A stretch of 59,839 nt of DNA, from assembly GCF_001194135.2 (NCBI RefSeq), contig NC_068982.1, forward strand, positions 120,383,138 to 120,442,976, given 5' to 3'. Under the pieces are notes generated by a model. It had not been told where the DNA came from and made no database searches. It worked only from the letters and a program-made list of their open reading frames with translations. Shown one piece after another: positions 24,998 through 38,279 of the stretch; the stretch's first letter is position 1; every line of letters begins with the position of its first letter. Source of the DNA: Octopus bimaculoides (Eukaryota). The position numbers and the translations under genes were made by a program.

Positions 24998-26384
24998 CTG
25001 AAACAGAAAAGACACAGATGTAGTATTTCTGAAGGAGAATAACGATGTATTTAATTGCAATAATTAACCCATAGTGTATTACAGGTATTTTTTTCTTTAT
25101 CAACTCAGGAGGGTTGAAAATCAAAAGTTAATGTCAATAACATCTGGATTCTGATAAACATATGAATCATTCAGTCCAGCACTACCTTTTGTTATGCCAT
25201 AACCATCTCAACCTTTTTAGGGATATCTATGACTATATTATCTAATATGCTCTTCCATTTTTTTTTAATGAGTAGATGTGATCTGAGGGAGATTTAGCAG
25301 CTATCTCTAACATACCACACAACCATATACAGGCACACTTGTTGGATCAATCGGCATTCTATTTTCACCAAAGCTTCCATTCTAAAGATAAGAAATGCAA
25401 CAACTAAAGAGTATTTCACTGTTGGTTTTGATAGTAATATTTAACACAAGTTACCAGAAAAATCTCCTAAAAAGTAGCACAAAATTTTCAGAAAGTAGTA
25501 AACTGTGTTAGAAAGTAAGCCAAAATGAAAACTTTCTAAGTAAATTAAAGTATATATTTTATTCATTTATGTGTTTTTCCATGTTAACATAGGTTAGAGA
25601 AATAATATTGTTGAAGCATCGTTTTATAGCTCAATGCACTTCCTGTTATTAATTTTCATTTGTCAAGTAAGGAATTTTTTATTCCACATGTCTTCAAAAG
25701 TGCAGACTGCAAACATCAAAGCATCATACAGTCACATGAAACTCGAATTAAATAATTTTAAAAAAGCATAATAGAATGCAAGCATGGGAAGTAGCATAAT
25801 CCTCAATGTGGCAGCCCTGCTTATAAAAGAATGTTAATGACAAATGTTGTGAAGTAAAAACATCTGGGTTATTTGAGTTGTTGATTGATGTGAATCCACC
25901 CTGGAGTTAATTCCCTTTACTAGTACGTGAATTGTTAACGTTCAAAGCAGACAGCAATGTCACACTTGTCTACAAATATTTACTTGATGAAGAATGAACT
26001 CCATCGAAGCAATTATTCCCAAAGAAGTTTTGTTTTGTCATTTAACTTGATGTCAGCTCTGATCAAATAGACCTGTGATTAAAGACATAACCATACCATC
26101 CTTGTGCTCTTTTTTTTTTAAACCAGAGGGTGTAATCTATAGGAGATCTGGCTGTTATTTCTAGCAGGTGAAGTGACAACATAAGGCATGGCTGAGGGAT
26201 CAGATGTGTGCTCAAATTTCATGTTTATTTTGCACTTTCAAGATAACACTTTAAATGTTACACTTCACTCACCTATGAAGTAAGTTCTACATTCATATCC
26301 TCAGCTTTATCACCATTATCATTGTTGTCATTATTGAAACTTTAGTAGTGTTATTGTCATCATGATCTTCATCATTGCCAATAT

Positions 26385-26745
26385 TGTTGTTGTTGTTAGC
26401 ACTCCGTCGCTTACGACGTCGAGGGTTCCAGTTGATCTGATCAACGGAACAGCCTGCTCGTGAAATTAACATGCAAGTGGCTCAGCACTCCACAGACGTA
26501 GTTCTCAGGGATATTCAGCGTGACACAGTGTGACAAGGCTGACCCTTTGAATTACAGGCACAACAGAAACAGGAAGTAAGAGTGAGAGAAAGTTGTAATG
26601 AAAGACTACAGCAGGGTTCGCCACCATCCCCTGCCAGAGCCTCGTGGAGCTTTAGGTGTTTTCGCTCAATAAACACTCACAACGCCCGGTCTGGGAATCG
26701 AAACTGCGAGTCCATTGCCCTAACCACTGGGCCATTGCGCCTCCA
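26385..26745 (-). mobile_element. CpG-rich (young-looking) tRNA-derived SINE, family D, with (AAC)n tail
   Basis: Head TGGAGGCGCAATGGCCCAGTGGTTAGGGC with A box at 26734-26724 and B box GTTTCGATTCC at 26704-26694; microsatellite tail at the far end. Confidence 0.75.
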
Positions 26746-28017
26746 ACTGTTGCCAATATCAACACTGTTATAATCATCATCATCATTGTCATAAACATTG
26801 TTTTCATCCTAATCATCATTACCATTATCAAGTGAACTTATTCAGAAGCATTTTTTTTTTTTCAAAGTCATCCTTTCCCTTTTTTAAGATGTTAGTGTAT
26901 GATATTAAGATTTACCTATTATTTCTAAAAGTTGAGCAACATATACAGGCTCCATCTCTCATTTCACATCTTGACACTCATCTTTGTCTTGCATCATCTT
27001 TTTTGTAAAGCCAAATGTCACCAAATTTAAACTTTGCTATTTTTTCTCCTTTCCAAGGAGTTGTTGTGGCATAAGAGTGCTTCACTTTCCAACATACTCC
27101 ATTTTATCACTAACAAACGTTATCTTAATACATCATATAACCAGTACAGTTGCCACTCACGCATCCATCAGCTTTGTCTCTAAGGTTCAAGTTATTATCT
27201 CACACTAGTTTATGTTACATAAAAGAGAGATTATATTAATCCAGCCTTTCATGTTTTGCAATTACGAAGCTTCACATGCTATACACATGGTTCATACAGT
27301 CTGCATGAAGAAAGAAACCATTTGTCACTAACGTCATCATCATCATTTGATGTCTCTGTTTTCCATGCTGGCATGGGTTGGATGATTTGACAGGAGCTAA
27401 TCAGTTTGACAGGAGCTGCCCAGGCTCCATGTCTATTTTGGCATGGTTTCTATGACTGGATGCCCTTTCTAACACCAATCACTTTACAGAGTGTACTGGG
27501 TGCTTTTACATGGCACTGGCACCCATGAGCTCACAAGATTAGGGACACTGAGCTGAAGAAGGATGCAGGGGACATGCTTGTAAGCAAGGACAACCAAGTA
27601 TTTACTTAGCTTGACGTGCCTTCTCAAGCACAGTAAACCACCTGATTTTCTTAACATAGTAGTCTCGTTAAAGACATGATACTTTAGTCTTATCAAGGAC
27701 ATGACAACCCCTCTATTGACAGTGCTTGATAAATACACCCAGTCTATTCTGTAAATTGGTTGGTGTAAGGAGGTGTTTTCAACTGTAGAAACTATGGCTA
27801 AAATAGAAGAAACATTGTCCTCTAGTCTGACTAGGAGGGCAGTAAATCTGGGTAAGAACTAACAGAGTTCATGACAACACATTTAAACCATACAAGCAAA
27901 TAAAATAGATATAAAATGATAAATGAACAACAGAAGAAAATAGGAGTAATAGAACTTGAACCAGAAACTCAGTTGTTGCTGTAGTCATACTGAGGATATG
28001 ATAAAAAATAAACTTAC

Positions 28018-28229
28018 TTGATGCATGGATGCAGGCCAAGTGATTGTCAGGCGTCCTGCTGGATTAGAATCTGTTCCATTATGAGTGAGTATGTTGTAAA
28101 TGGCTTGTCCACTAGTTTGTGCAGGAAAGAAACATTGAATTATGGCTGATACAAAAGGACTTTTATCAGCCCAAGAAACATCTAGGGGTCCAGCACTAAA
28201 TAGCAGCACCACAAGTTGAGAGTAGTTGG
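28018..28229 (-). CDS. GH3 exon 9
   Basis: tttgaaaaag|CC AAC TAC; (A)NYSQLVVLLFSAGPLDVSWADKSPFVSAIIQCFFPAQTSGQAIYNILTHNGTDSNPAGRLTITWPASMHQ|gtaagt; 212 nt. The 5' boundary rests on phase and the only suitable AG. Confidence 0.85.
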
Positions 28230-29774
28230 CTTTTTCAAAAGAGAAAAGAACAAATTTTTTTTATACTTTATGAAGAATTTATACAAATTCTAATGTCTAC
28301 AGAAAAGTTAATTGATTTGGTATCAAAGTGTACATTTTACAATATATTCTATATTGTTGTTATTTGTCACTTACAATGTCTTCAAATTCCAGCACAAAAG
28401 ATGCTTAACTTTATCCTGTAAGCAAATTTGGATAAATTAATATACTCTGGGAAGATGCGTCTACAGCTGGTCATAGAGAGAGAAAAAATTAATTTAAAAT
28501 ACAAGTACTCTCATCTGCCTATAGATTACAAACCTGTCCAAATTTCCTAACTTCACTAAATATCTTTGCCAACACAGACCACTACTAGTTTCCTTGAACT
28601 CTGGTGTTTCAAATGTTCTGTGAGGTCTTACTATTGTTGGAGGGTAGTCTAGAGGAGAAGGGTAGATATTAACAGTCATTATCAATACAAATGTAACAAA
28701 AGTGATATGTAACACAAGTGATTTCAAAAATTCAGTCTTTGACCAAACAACAGTACTAAGAACATTAATGATTTCTTATAGAAGCAGAATATCACTAATT
28801 TGTATGAAAGAGGTACAGCCAATTGAGTTGATTCCAGTAACATGTCTTAAACTGCTATTATCAACCACTGTATGGGTGAAATAAAATGTGATCTATGTGC
28901 TACTGCTTCTGATGAAGATAATAATTCTTTCTATTTTAGACACAAGGCCTGGAATTTTGGTGGAAGGGGGCTAGTTGACTACATCAACCTCAATGCTCAA
29001 ATTTTACTCCAAAGGATGAAAGGCAAAGTGAACATGAGAGGAATTTGAACTCAGAACATAAAGATAGGTGTTGCTAAGCATTTTGTCTGGCAAGCTAACA
29101 ATTCTACCTAAATACAAGGCCTAAAATTCAAAGCATCAAATTTAGATGGCAAAAAGTTTGAAAGTAGTTTCGTTGGTCATGGTATCATGACTGCCTGGGT
29201 TATAGCAGATACATAGCAGATAGCCTTCAACCTCTTTTCTGTTTCATCCAACAGGATTTTAACCCAATGTAATATGAATTATTACTTATAGCTGCATTTG
29301 CATTCAAGATATATTGTAAACAGAAGAGTAAGTGTTTGCCAACAGACAAATTTATTATTAAACTGTTGGCTTCTGTGTGTTCAGGTATGTCTTATTCTTT
29401 TTTTTTTTTCTTCAAATGTTTCTGTTAGTCAAAATATTTTGTTTTTCTTTTCTGTTTGTCTTTTTTTAATTGTGTAGAATTTCTTTTGAAGTGGTAAATG
29501 CTGCTTCCATCTTTGTGACAACTTCCTCCAACTGCCATGTCAGAGAATACCATACTTAGTGAATATTCTTTAATTAAAATTTGCTAACAGCACAAAAAAA
29601 AAAAAGATACAAGGTCTTTTTATCCTCTAAAAAATAAATTCACAAAACTCCATGACTTTTATACGTAATGGGTTTCCGTAAACATAACACAAAAACTATC
29701 CAGTTCATTAAGGAATTCAATGTTACTTATTGAATTAGCAACTCCAAATAATAATGATAATGGTTTCTTATGTC

Positions 29775-30215
29775 AGCACAGGGACAGAAATTTTGAGGAG
29801 TAGAGTGTAGTAAGTACTATCAGCCCTTGAAACTTGGCTGATACTTTATTTTATTAACCTCAAAAGGATAAAAGGCAAAGTTGACCTCAATAGGATTTGA
29901 ACTCAGACTGTAAAAGGTCTAAAGAAATATCACAATGCATTTACTCCAACTCTAACAATTCTGCCAACCCACTATAATAATAATAATAATAACAATAATA
30001 ATAATCCTTTCTACTAAAGGCACAAGGCCTAAAATTTGGTGGGAGAGGACTAGTTGATTACATCAACCCCAGTGTTTCACTGGTACTTAATTTATCAACC
30101 CCAAAAGAATGAAAGGCAAAGTCAACCTTGGCAGAATTTGAATTCAGAAGATAGAGATAGATGAAATGCCACTAAGCATTTGGCCCAGCGTGCAAACGAT
30201 TGGTCTAGCTCACTG

Positions 30216-30249
<34 letters not shown>

Positions 30250-30460
30250 CTTTTCTACTATAGGCACAAGACCTGAAATTTGGGAGGAGGGGTTAGTCGA
30301 TTACACTGACCCCAGTATTTCACTGGTACTCAATTTATTGGCCCTAAAGGATGAAAGGCAAAGTCAACCTTGGCGGAATTTGAACTCAGAACGTAGTGGC
30401 AGACAAAATACTCCTAAACTTTACACCTGGCATGCTAATGATTCTGCCAGCTCACCACTT
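29775..30460 (-). mobile_element. Three head-to-tail copies of SINE family B separated by (ATT)n tails
   Basis: Each unit carries TTCTGAGTTCAAAT-C-GCC-AGGTTGACTTTGCCTTTCATCCTTT..GGGTCGATAAA..AAGTACCAG. Other copies at ~6318-6500, 7690-7800, 11835-11960, 28945-29110, 49365-49620, 53995-54395 and 57585-57715. Confidence 0.8.
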
Positions 30461-31095
30461 AATAATAATAATAATGATGATGATAATAATAATTTTACAA
30501 TTAGTTTTTTTTTTCTGGTACCAATTGTTTTACAACCTGTTTTCCATACAAAAATAATCTAAATATTAATGGAGTTTCTAAGGACCAAACACAACATTTT
30601 GAAGAAATATATCATAACAGATCAGTTAAGAGGCTGATGTTGCATTTACTTGATCTTTAACCTCTAGTTAACACTTTAAAGTTTTCTTCACTAAAATGTC
30701 ATAGTGACTCCTCTAAAGAGCTAGAACAGAAACAGTCTTCAAATCAATGTAAGTAATAATGTAAAGAATAAAACAGCTGTAGCAATCTAAGATGACATAC
30801 CAACACAATGCTCTCTCAATTATTTAATTTCTAACTTGTCTAATCCCTCACTTTATAAAACATTTAATACAATGTTGGCAACATCATTTTCCAAAACCAC
30901 ATCATTTGTATATAACTTAACAAAGTTACTACAAATGTTTGAAGACATCAAGAGCCACAAAGTGCAGCCGTCGTACAAAGATGTAGTAATGTGATGCAGA
31001 TAGATATGAAAATATTCAAATGAAAGCTTGGCAAAATATAATTTAGAAATATGAAAATATTAACTGCAAAGAAAATGGTCCTTGTGGAGATTTAC

Positions 31096-31185
31096 CAAAT
31101 TTGACAGCATCTTGAAGCAACTGCAACTGTTTTCCAGGTAGATCAAGGTTTTTCCTATCAAATCCTTCTCGCTCCAGTTGTTTAC
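31096..31185 (-). CDS. GH3 exon 8, carrying the predicted acid/base Glu (EREGFDR); not in the ORF track
   Basis: gttttag|GT AAA CAA; (G)KQLEREGFDRKNLDLPGKQLQLLQDAVKF-G|gtaaat; 90 nt; matches the E.EG.DR..L.LPG.Q GH3 motif. Confidence 0.92.
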
Positions 31186-31588
31186 CTAAAACAGAAATCC
31201 AATTCTCTGAGACTAAATATTAACAATTAGGATAAGGTGATGTACTACTGACAATAAAATCATTTGTTGGGTGGAAGCTGCTGTAACAGTTGTAACCAAC
31301 CATGATGCAAGGTTTCAGTCTGCCAAGTTGAAAAAAAGAGCCACCTACAGTTTGTTGCTGAGTGGTTAACAGTTATAAGACTTTCATCTCCAACAATATT
31401 TAAATGTCTAAATTAGAAAAATCAATCTCATCTATGTTATCATAGAAAGAATGATAATCACAAAGCAGAAATAAAAAGAGAAAACAAATGCAAAACCAGG
31501 ATTTAAGCAATATCAGTTTGGAAGAAATGAAATAACTCAGATATGTTCCAGCCTCAAATCCAATGGTATACTATCTTATTCTTCCTCT

Positions 31589-31622
<34 letters not shown>

Positions 31623-32024
31623 CTTCTTCTAGTGCTATCATACTGGCTTCTACTCCTTGGAGCCTTCTGACCTCATACCACCCTGACTGAAGCACTTTCA
31701 ACTCACTTGTCTCTCTGCCTCTCTTCACACCCATGTTGTATCCAAACATTCTATCCCTGAACTAAACAGAACCTCCTAGTTCTTCCTTCTCAAAATGTCA
31801 TCTATCTTGAACACCTCCCTGCCCATATCCTTTTTGCAGGTAACAGCATGCCACATTTTAACCAGAACATTAACAGTATCTGTCTCACCAACCTCAAAGC
31901 TTACAAGGGTCACAAGCACTACCTTTTCTTTCAGGCTCAACAAGCAAAAAAAATATATAAATAAATTATGTGCAAAAACTATTTTTAAGAAAAACAAGGC
32001 CAAAAAAACTGAAATAAAACTCAC

Positions 32025-32247
32025 CAGTACCAAGACAAACAATAACCAGTTGTGAAGATGAGACTGCATGTTCAATTTCAGAAGCATTGTAGGAAGTGCA
32101 TTTATTTTCTTTACAACCAGCTGCATAGTTAACAGACTCAGCTAAAGCCTGTAAACCTTGAAGTGGAGTAGTTGTATATTTTGGATCAATTGTTGCACTA
32201 TAATCACCAAACAACTGATCTGTATTGTTAGCCATTGGACCAACAAC
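32025..32247 (-). CDS. GH3 exon 7
   Basis: ttccag|VVGPMANNTDQLFGDYSATIDPKYTTTPLQGLQALAESVNYAAGCKENKCTSYNASEIEHAVSSSQLVIVCLGT-G|gtgagt; 223 nt. Confidence 0.93.
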
Positions 32248-33019
32248 CTGGAAACATAATATGTAATAGACATAGCACAAATTTAGAGGACTGTTATAAA
32301 CTTGTAAGAATGTAATATTTATCAAAGAGAAAAAACACTTCTTTTGCATTACAACTTGTGAACAATGTCATTCGTTACAGATTATTAAATGGGACAAATA
32401 CTGGTTCATTGAAGTTCGGGTACCAGAGACACTAGAAGTGTCTGTGTAACTCAATGTTGAACAAATATCAACAGGAGATGTCTTCAAAGCAGACTGGTTT
32501 TTAGAGTTTTCTTTTTTTTTACTAATGTTTACATTCTTTACTTATATACAAAGGTAAAAGACACACATATGCACACACATATACATATACAATCATTATC
32601 ATCATTTAATATCCACTTCTCCATACTTGCATGGGTAAGATAAAATTTATTTGAGGCAGATTTTCCAAAATTGAACACCTTCCCTGTTGCCAACCCTCAC
32701 CTGTTTTCATGCAAGATAATATTTCTCCATGAATAGACAAGGCCTTGCAGAATACTGGAAATTAACAACATTAATTATATGAGTGACAACCATTTTATAA
32801 TTATTATGCTGTATCAAAACAAGGAGACACAAACACACACATGCACATATATGACAGGCTTATTTCAATTTCCATCAAATAATCTACTCACAAAGCTTTG
32901 GTTAGTCCAGGGCAATAGCAGAAGACACTTGCTCAAGATGTCATGTAGTGGGACTGAACTCAAGACCAAGTGGTTGGGAAGCAACTCTTTACCACACACA
33001 CATATATAGGACTCTGTGT

Positions 33020-33053
<34 letters not shown>

Positions 33054-33226
33054 ACAAGAAGCTTGCTTCCCATCCTCATTGTCTTAGGTTCATGGCACCT
33101 GGGGCAAGTATCCTCAACTATAGTCCCAGGCTGACCAAAGCCTTGTGAGTGAATTTGATAGGCAGAAGATCTGTTGTGTGGTATACATGTATGTAAAAAT
33201 GTTTGTGCCTCATTAGATAGATTGAA

Positions 33227-33298
<72 letters not shown>

Positions 33299-34307
33299 CT
33301 TCTGTTACTTAGGGTGATTTAATTAGCTGGTGGGTGGGGATTTTATGAAATGTAGAAGCCAGATTAAGACTAAGCTGGAGAAAGTTCTGGGAGTTATTAC
33401 TTCTGTTCATGACACACATTTTCTCTCACAGTTCAAGGCAGAGTATCTGATGTTTGTGTATAAGTTGCAACACTACACAATAAAATTAAATCTGAAAGCA
33501 TATTGCTAGGAAGCAAACTTCTCGACCACTATATACATATATATGTATATAAAGGACGGATGAACATAGAATAGGTCCATGACTATCTAGCAATAGCATA
33601 AGTCCTCAATAATTCTAGCTTGGTACCCAGCATACTGGAAGACCACTGGGAGTGAGGCATCCCTCCGTTTTTGCTAAAACATATCTCCAGAAGGTCCCTT
33701 AGATATAAAACCAGATATGCAGGGAATGGCAATAGCTGCTTAGGAAATGTTTTGCTTGTGCTTGAGATCACATTCCTGAGCCTCTAAGCCCATATAGACA
33801 CAGGATATCCTACTCTGGCATGTCTCTGGATCATGTCAATAAAATGGATGGGGGTCAGTAAGGGATTGTATTATGTATTTTCTTTATTGGACCTAAAATT
33901 AAAAAACATATACATACACACACATACACAAATATGTATCTCGTAGAAAGGCAGCTAAACACAAGGAGACTTAATGCATACACTTACACAGAATACAAAA
34001 TATAGAGTATTGAATAAACAATACAAAATAAGCAAAAGATGTTATATAATAATCTTATCTTGACAGCTTTTTACAGGCAAAACATTCTTCCTCTGACTAA
34101 GCCATTAAAAAATAATTCATTCCCTGATATTTTCTATTCTTTTACAAGTTGTAAACAAACCTTTGTATACAAGCACACACACACATGCACACACACATGC
34201 ACAAAAGCTAAGAATACTGCTTCTCCATCTCAAACTAAGCTTCTTTCTTAATTCTTTCAGTTAAAAAAATAAAGAAAATACAAAATATAAAACACTTTGT
34301 ACTCAAC

Positions 34308-34558
34308 TGCAATTTTTTTAAAGCGTCTTCTGAGAGGTAATATGTTGTATGAATTTTTTAAAAGTACAAAAGTTTGCATCGCAGCTTTCAAAGACAGACG
34401 ACGGTGTTTAGGACTTTGAATGAGGGAGAGATTTAAACTGGAATAAGGATTCGTTGATGGCGGGTCAAATTCTCCAAGCTTCATTCGAGTGTAAAAGAGA
34501 GGTTTGACTCTTTCAAGTAGAGTTTCCTTGGTAACCAATCCTTGGTTGAGAGCACCAG
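34308..34558 (-). CDS. GH3 exon 6
   Basis: ttttag|CT GGT; (A)GALNQGLVTKETLLERVKPLFYTRMKLGEFDPPSTNPY...VLLKNSYNILPLRRRFKKIA|gttgag; 251 nt; LGEFD and VLLKN motifs. Confidence 0.9.
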
Positions 34559-34699
34559 CTAAAATATAAATACAATGGTAAAATATATATTAAACAGTGT
34601 TTGATCTACATAAATTTCTTACTTTTTAACTTTTATTAAATGATATGTTAAAATGAAACCAACTAAATACCTCCTAGTGAAAACAAACCAGATCTTTCA

Positions 34700-34912
34700 T
34701 TCTTTTGACACTAACTCATCCAAGACTACCCTGGGTTCTATGATACAAACTTTTTGTTTTAAACTGATCTCAATTAAAACCATTCATTATTAAAATTTCA
34801 TATTAATTTATGTTCCAAATACCAGATTACTAATGGCAAAGTTATTTTACTCAATTATAAACAGAAATGAAAGCAGTGAATTTAAAAATTGATATGGTAA
34901 CAAAAGGGTTAA
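34700..34912. mobile_element. Second, more decayed TTAA-type MITE
   Basis: Right end GGTAACAAAAGGG|TTAA and left end a degenerate CTTTTGACAC; a related scrap lies near 4350-4420. Confidence 0.45.
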
Positions 34913-35411
34913 AAATTTTAAAAAGGAATTTAACTCAGTATATTTGTTATTGTTATCTCTGATATTCGATGTTCTATCTACATTGCCATAACCATCTATA
35001 ACACATTGATTTTCTACATATCAAATTATCCTAATCATAGAATTGTGATTTTGACTTCAATTTCACCAGCTTTGAACACTGATCTCAACAACTGCACCAA
35101 CAAATAATTTTCAGTAGATACTAACTCAGGACATTCCCTCAATCACATTAAACAACATTACTGAGAGAATATGTATAGTTCAATCAATACCAAAACTAAT
35201 GTGGCCCAATAAGGTAGAAACCATGATCCTTTGACTGCATAACTTTTATGTTTTCTGTATGTGTTATAACTTCAACATTGTTTTAGAATAAAGCTAAAAA
35301 CACTTTTTGATATGAAATAAGAATGAAATAAAAAAATGGAAGAAAGAAAAGTAAAACTAGAGAAGGGAGAAAAAATTTTAAAAATTGAAACAATTATAGT
35401 AAATTCTTTAC

Positions 35412-35638
35412 CAAGGCTATAAAAGAATGGTTGTTTTAATGCTGGTGATAACTCAAGGTTACAACCAGCATTAACACTGGCAGCAGCAATTTCCACAGCA
35501 GTTGTTTTATACATATGCCATATCAACATATATTCAATAGCACCTTCATCACTGATTACATATCCTTTGAAACCCCATTCTTTACGTAAAATATCGGTCA
35601 ACAATCTTTTGTGGGCACATGCAGGGATACCATTTACA
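35412..35638 (-). CDS. GH3 exon 5, carrying the predicted catalytic nucleophile Asp (GYVISD)
   Basis: gttgtag|T GTA AAT; (S)VNGIPACAHKRLLTDILRKEWGFKGYVISDEGAIEYMLIWHMYKTTAVEIAAASVNAGCNLELSPALKQPFFYSL-G|gtaaag; 227 nt. Confidence 0.94.
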
Positions 35639-35716
35639 CTACAACAGGAAAAAGAAGATACAAAGAGAGATTTATATAGATGATATATCATAATGTTCAA
35701 AATTTAGAAAACATAA

Positions 35717-35760
<44 letters not shown>

Positions 35761-37294
35761 GTTAGAATCTATAAATTTAATGTAAAATAAAGTTAAACAT
35801 CGAGAAATTATAATATACAGATTATATAATGGTTACAATTATTAAACTAAATTATATATCATAAATACATATCATAAATGTAACATATAATACAATATGA
35901 AACTATAGACTTATAAAATTATCAAATAATTATATTATAAATATATAGTATATATATATAATACAATATATAAAATATTCTAAATATGATACAAAATATT
36001 CAATTATAACACACAGGCATTGCTGTGTGATAAGAAGCTTCCTTCCCAACCACATGGTTTCAAGTTTAGTCCCGCTGCAATGGCACTTAGGGCAAGTATC
36101 TTCTACTATAGCACCAAGTTAATCAAAGCCTTGAGAAAGGATTTGGTACACAGAAACAGAAAGCAGACCATCATATATAGATGTGTGTATCTTTGTATTT
36201 GTACTCCTACAGCTTGACAACCATGTTGGTTTCTTCGCATACCCATAATTTAGTGTCCCAGCATGACCAGTGACTGAAACAAGTAAAAGATAAAACCATA
36301 AATTTACCAGTTGATATTTAGGGGACATTTCAGTCTGAGAAGGAAGCGGCAGTGCCCACATCCTTCAGAGGTCCACTCAGGATCTGATAACTTACAATAC
36401 AAAATTCAACTATTGATGTGTTTAGAAGACACGAACCTCACTGGATGTAAATACCATCACTCTCATTTATCAGCTGGAACTCCAGGTGGCCAGGAGTTGG
36501 GTGGGTCATATAACACCTTGCAGCTTTTTGTATCATAATAGTTCCACTATGGCTTGTAGAGTCAACATCATCTCCTTTTGTTATTTCCTGCCTCTTTTGG
36601 TTCACATGATTTTTACAGATGGATGCACTTCCAATTGCCACCCACTGCACAGCATGGACTGTGTGCATTTTATCATGCCACCAGTATCTGCAGCATTATT
36701 TAACATTCACTTTTCCATGACTGCATGGGTTAGATGAAATTGGTTGAGGCAGATTTTCTATAGCCAAGTACCCTTCCTATCACTTTTTTCCAAGCAATGG
36801 TCATATTTCCTATAGCCAAATATGATTTCCATGGGAGACTGGAAACAAACAACATCACTTGTATGATCATGATGCTTGCTAGCAACCATAAAAAGTTACA
36901 TGTAACAGACTTCTTTCAGTTACCATCTACCAAATCTGTTCACAAGGCTTTGGTCAGCCCTGGACAGTAGTAGACAACACCTGCCATAACTTCCACACAG
37001 TGTAACTGAACCCAAGACCACATGCTTGGGAATCAAGCTTTGCAACCACATAGCCACACCTGTACCGTCAAGCATATGGTAACTTGATCTGCTTAAAACA
37101 GCTGCCAAATTTCCCTCATATCACATTCATTTTTAAAAAGAAAGAACACATTAGATAATGCAGTTCTAAGTATACTGTGTCTAAAGAAGATAGGATAATC
37201 ATAGCTGGGATATTTGTGATCATAGGTCTGCCCAATCAGACTGACCTAGGGCTAAAAAAACAACAACACAGTGTTAGAGTACCAATACACTAAC

Positions 37295-37386
37295 CTGTTG
37301 TAACTACACATTATGTTATATGTTCCAGCTTCAACACACTTCTTGAAAGCAGGAAGGTAAGTAAGACGAAGATCTCGCTCTGGAAC
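37295..37386 (-). CDS. GH3 exon 4 (not in the ORF track)
   Basis: ttag|VPERDLRLTYLPAFKKCVEAGTYNIMCSYN-AG|gttagt; 92 nt; MCSYN motif. Confidence 0.92.
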
Positions 37387-37409
37387 CTAATGATAAAAAT
37401 AATAATAAT

Positions 37410-38230
37410 GGCTTCAAACTTTGGTACAGGACCAGCAGTTTTTGTGGTGAGGGAATTAGTCGATTACATCAACCCCCAGTAATTGACTAGTACTTATTTT
37501 ATCAAACTTAAAAGGGTGAAAGACAAAGTCAACCTCAGCAAAATTTGAGCTTGGAACATAAAACTGGAAGAATGCTACTAAGCATTTCGTCTGGTATGTT
37601 AACAATTCTACCTGCTCACCACCTTTTTATTGTTATTAATAATAATAATGATAATAATATGTTAATAATTCTTCCAGCTCATTCTGCATGCTAACAATTC
37701 TGCCAGCTCATTGCCTTAATAATGATGATCATCATCATAATAATAGTCCTCTCTACTATAGGCACAAGGCCTTAAGTTTTTTTTGCAGGGGTGGTTAAGT
37801 TGATTACATCAACCCCAGTGTGTAACTGGTACTTGCTTCATCGACCCCAAAAGGATGAAAGATGACCATGGCAGAATTTGAACTCAGAACATAAGGACAG
37901 ATGAATGCCGCTAAGCATTTTGCCTGACGTGCTAACAATTCTGCCAGCTCACCACCTTAATTAAAAATAGAAGTAACACTAATTACAGGAAAAAAATCTA
38001 CTTGAGCTCACTAGCAATACTGGTCTCAAATATTGGCACAAGGCCAACAATTGTGGGAGGTGGGAGTTAGTCAATTACATCGATCCCAGTGCTCAAATGG
38101 TACTTATTTCATTGACTCTGAAAGGACAAAAGTCGACCTCAGCAGAATTTGAACTCAGAACATAAAGACAGATGAAATGCTGCTAAGCATTTTCCTTGCC
38201 ATGCTAATGATTCTGCCAGCTTGCAGCCTT
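37410..38230 (-). mobile_element. Second array of family B SINEs (three long copies plus head fragments)
   Basis: Units at ~37410-37625, 37745-37960 and 38025-38230, plus extra head scraps (gctaacaattctgccagctc) at ~37665-37720, with (AAT)n spacers. Confidence 0.75.
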
Positions 38231-38242
38231 AAGAAGGAGTAG

Positions 38243-38279
<37 letters not shown>

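Noticed and set aside
26660-26745. Possible tRNA gene (clear A and B boxes)
   Set aside because: No complete cloverleaf or acceptor stem; it continues into a ~300-bp body and microsatellite tail, so it is a SINE head.
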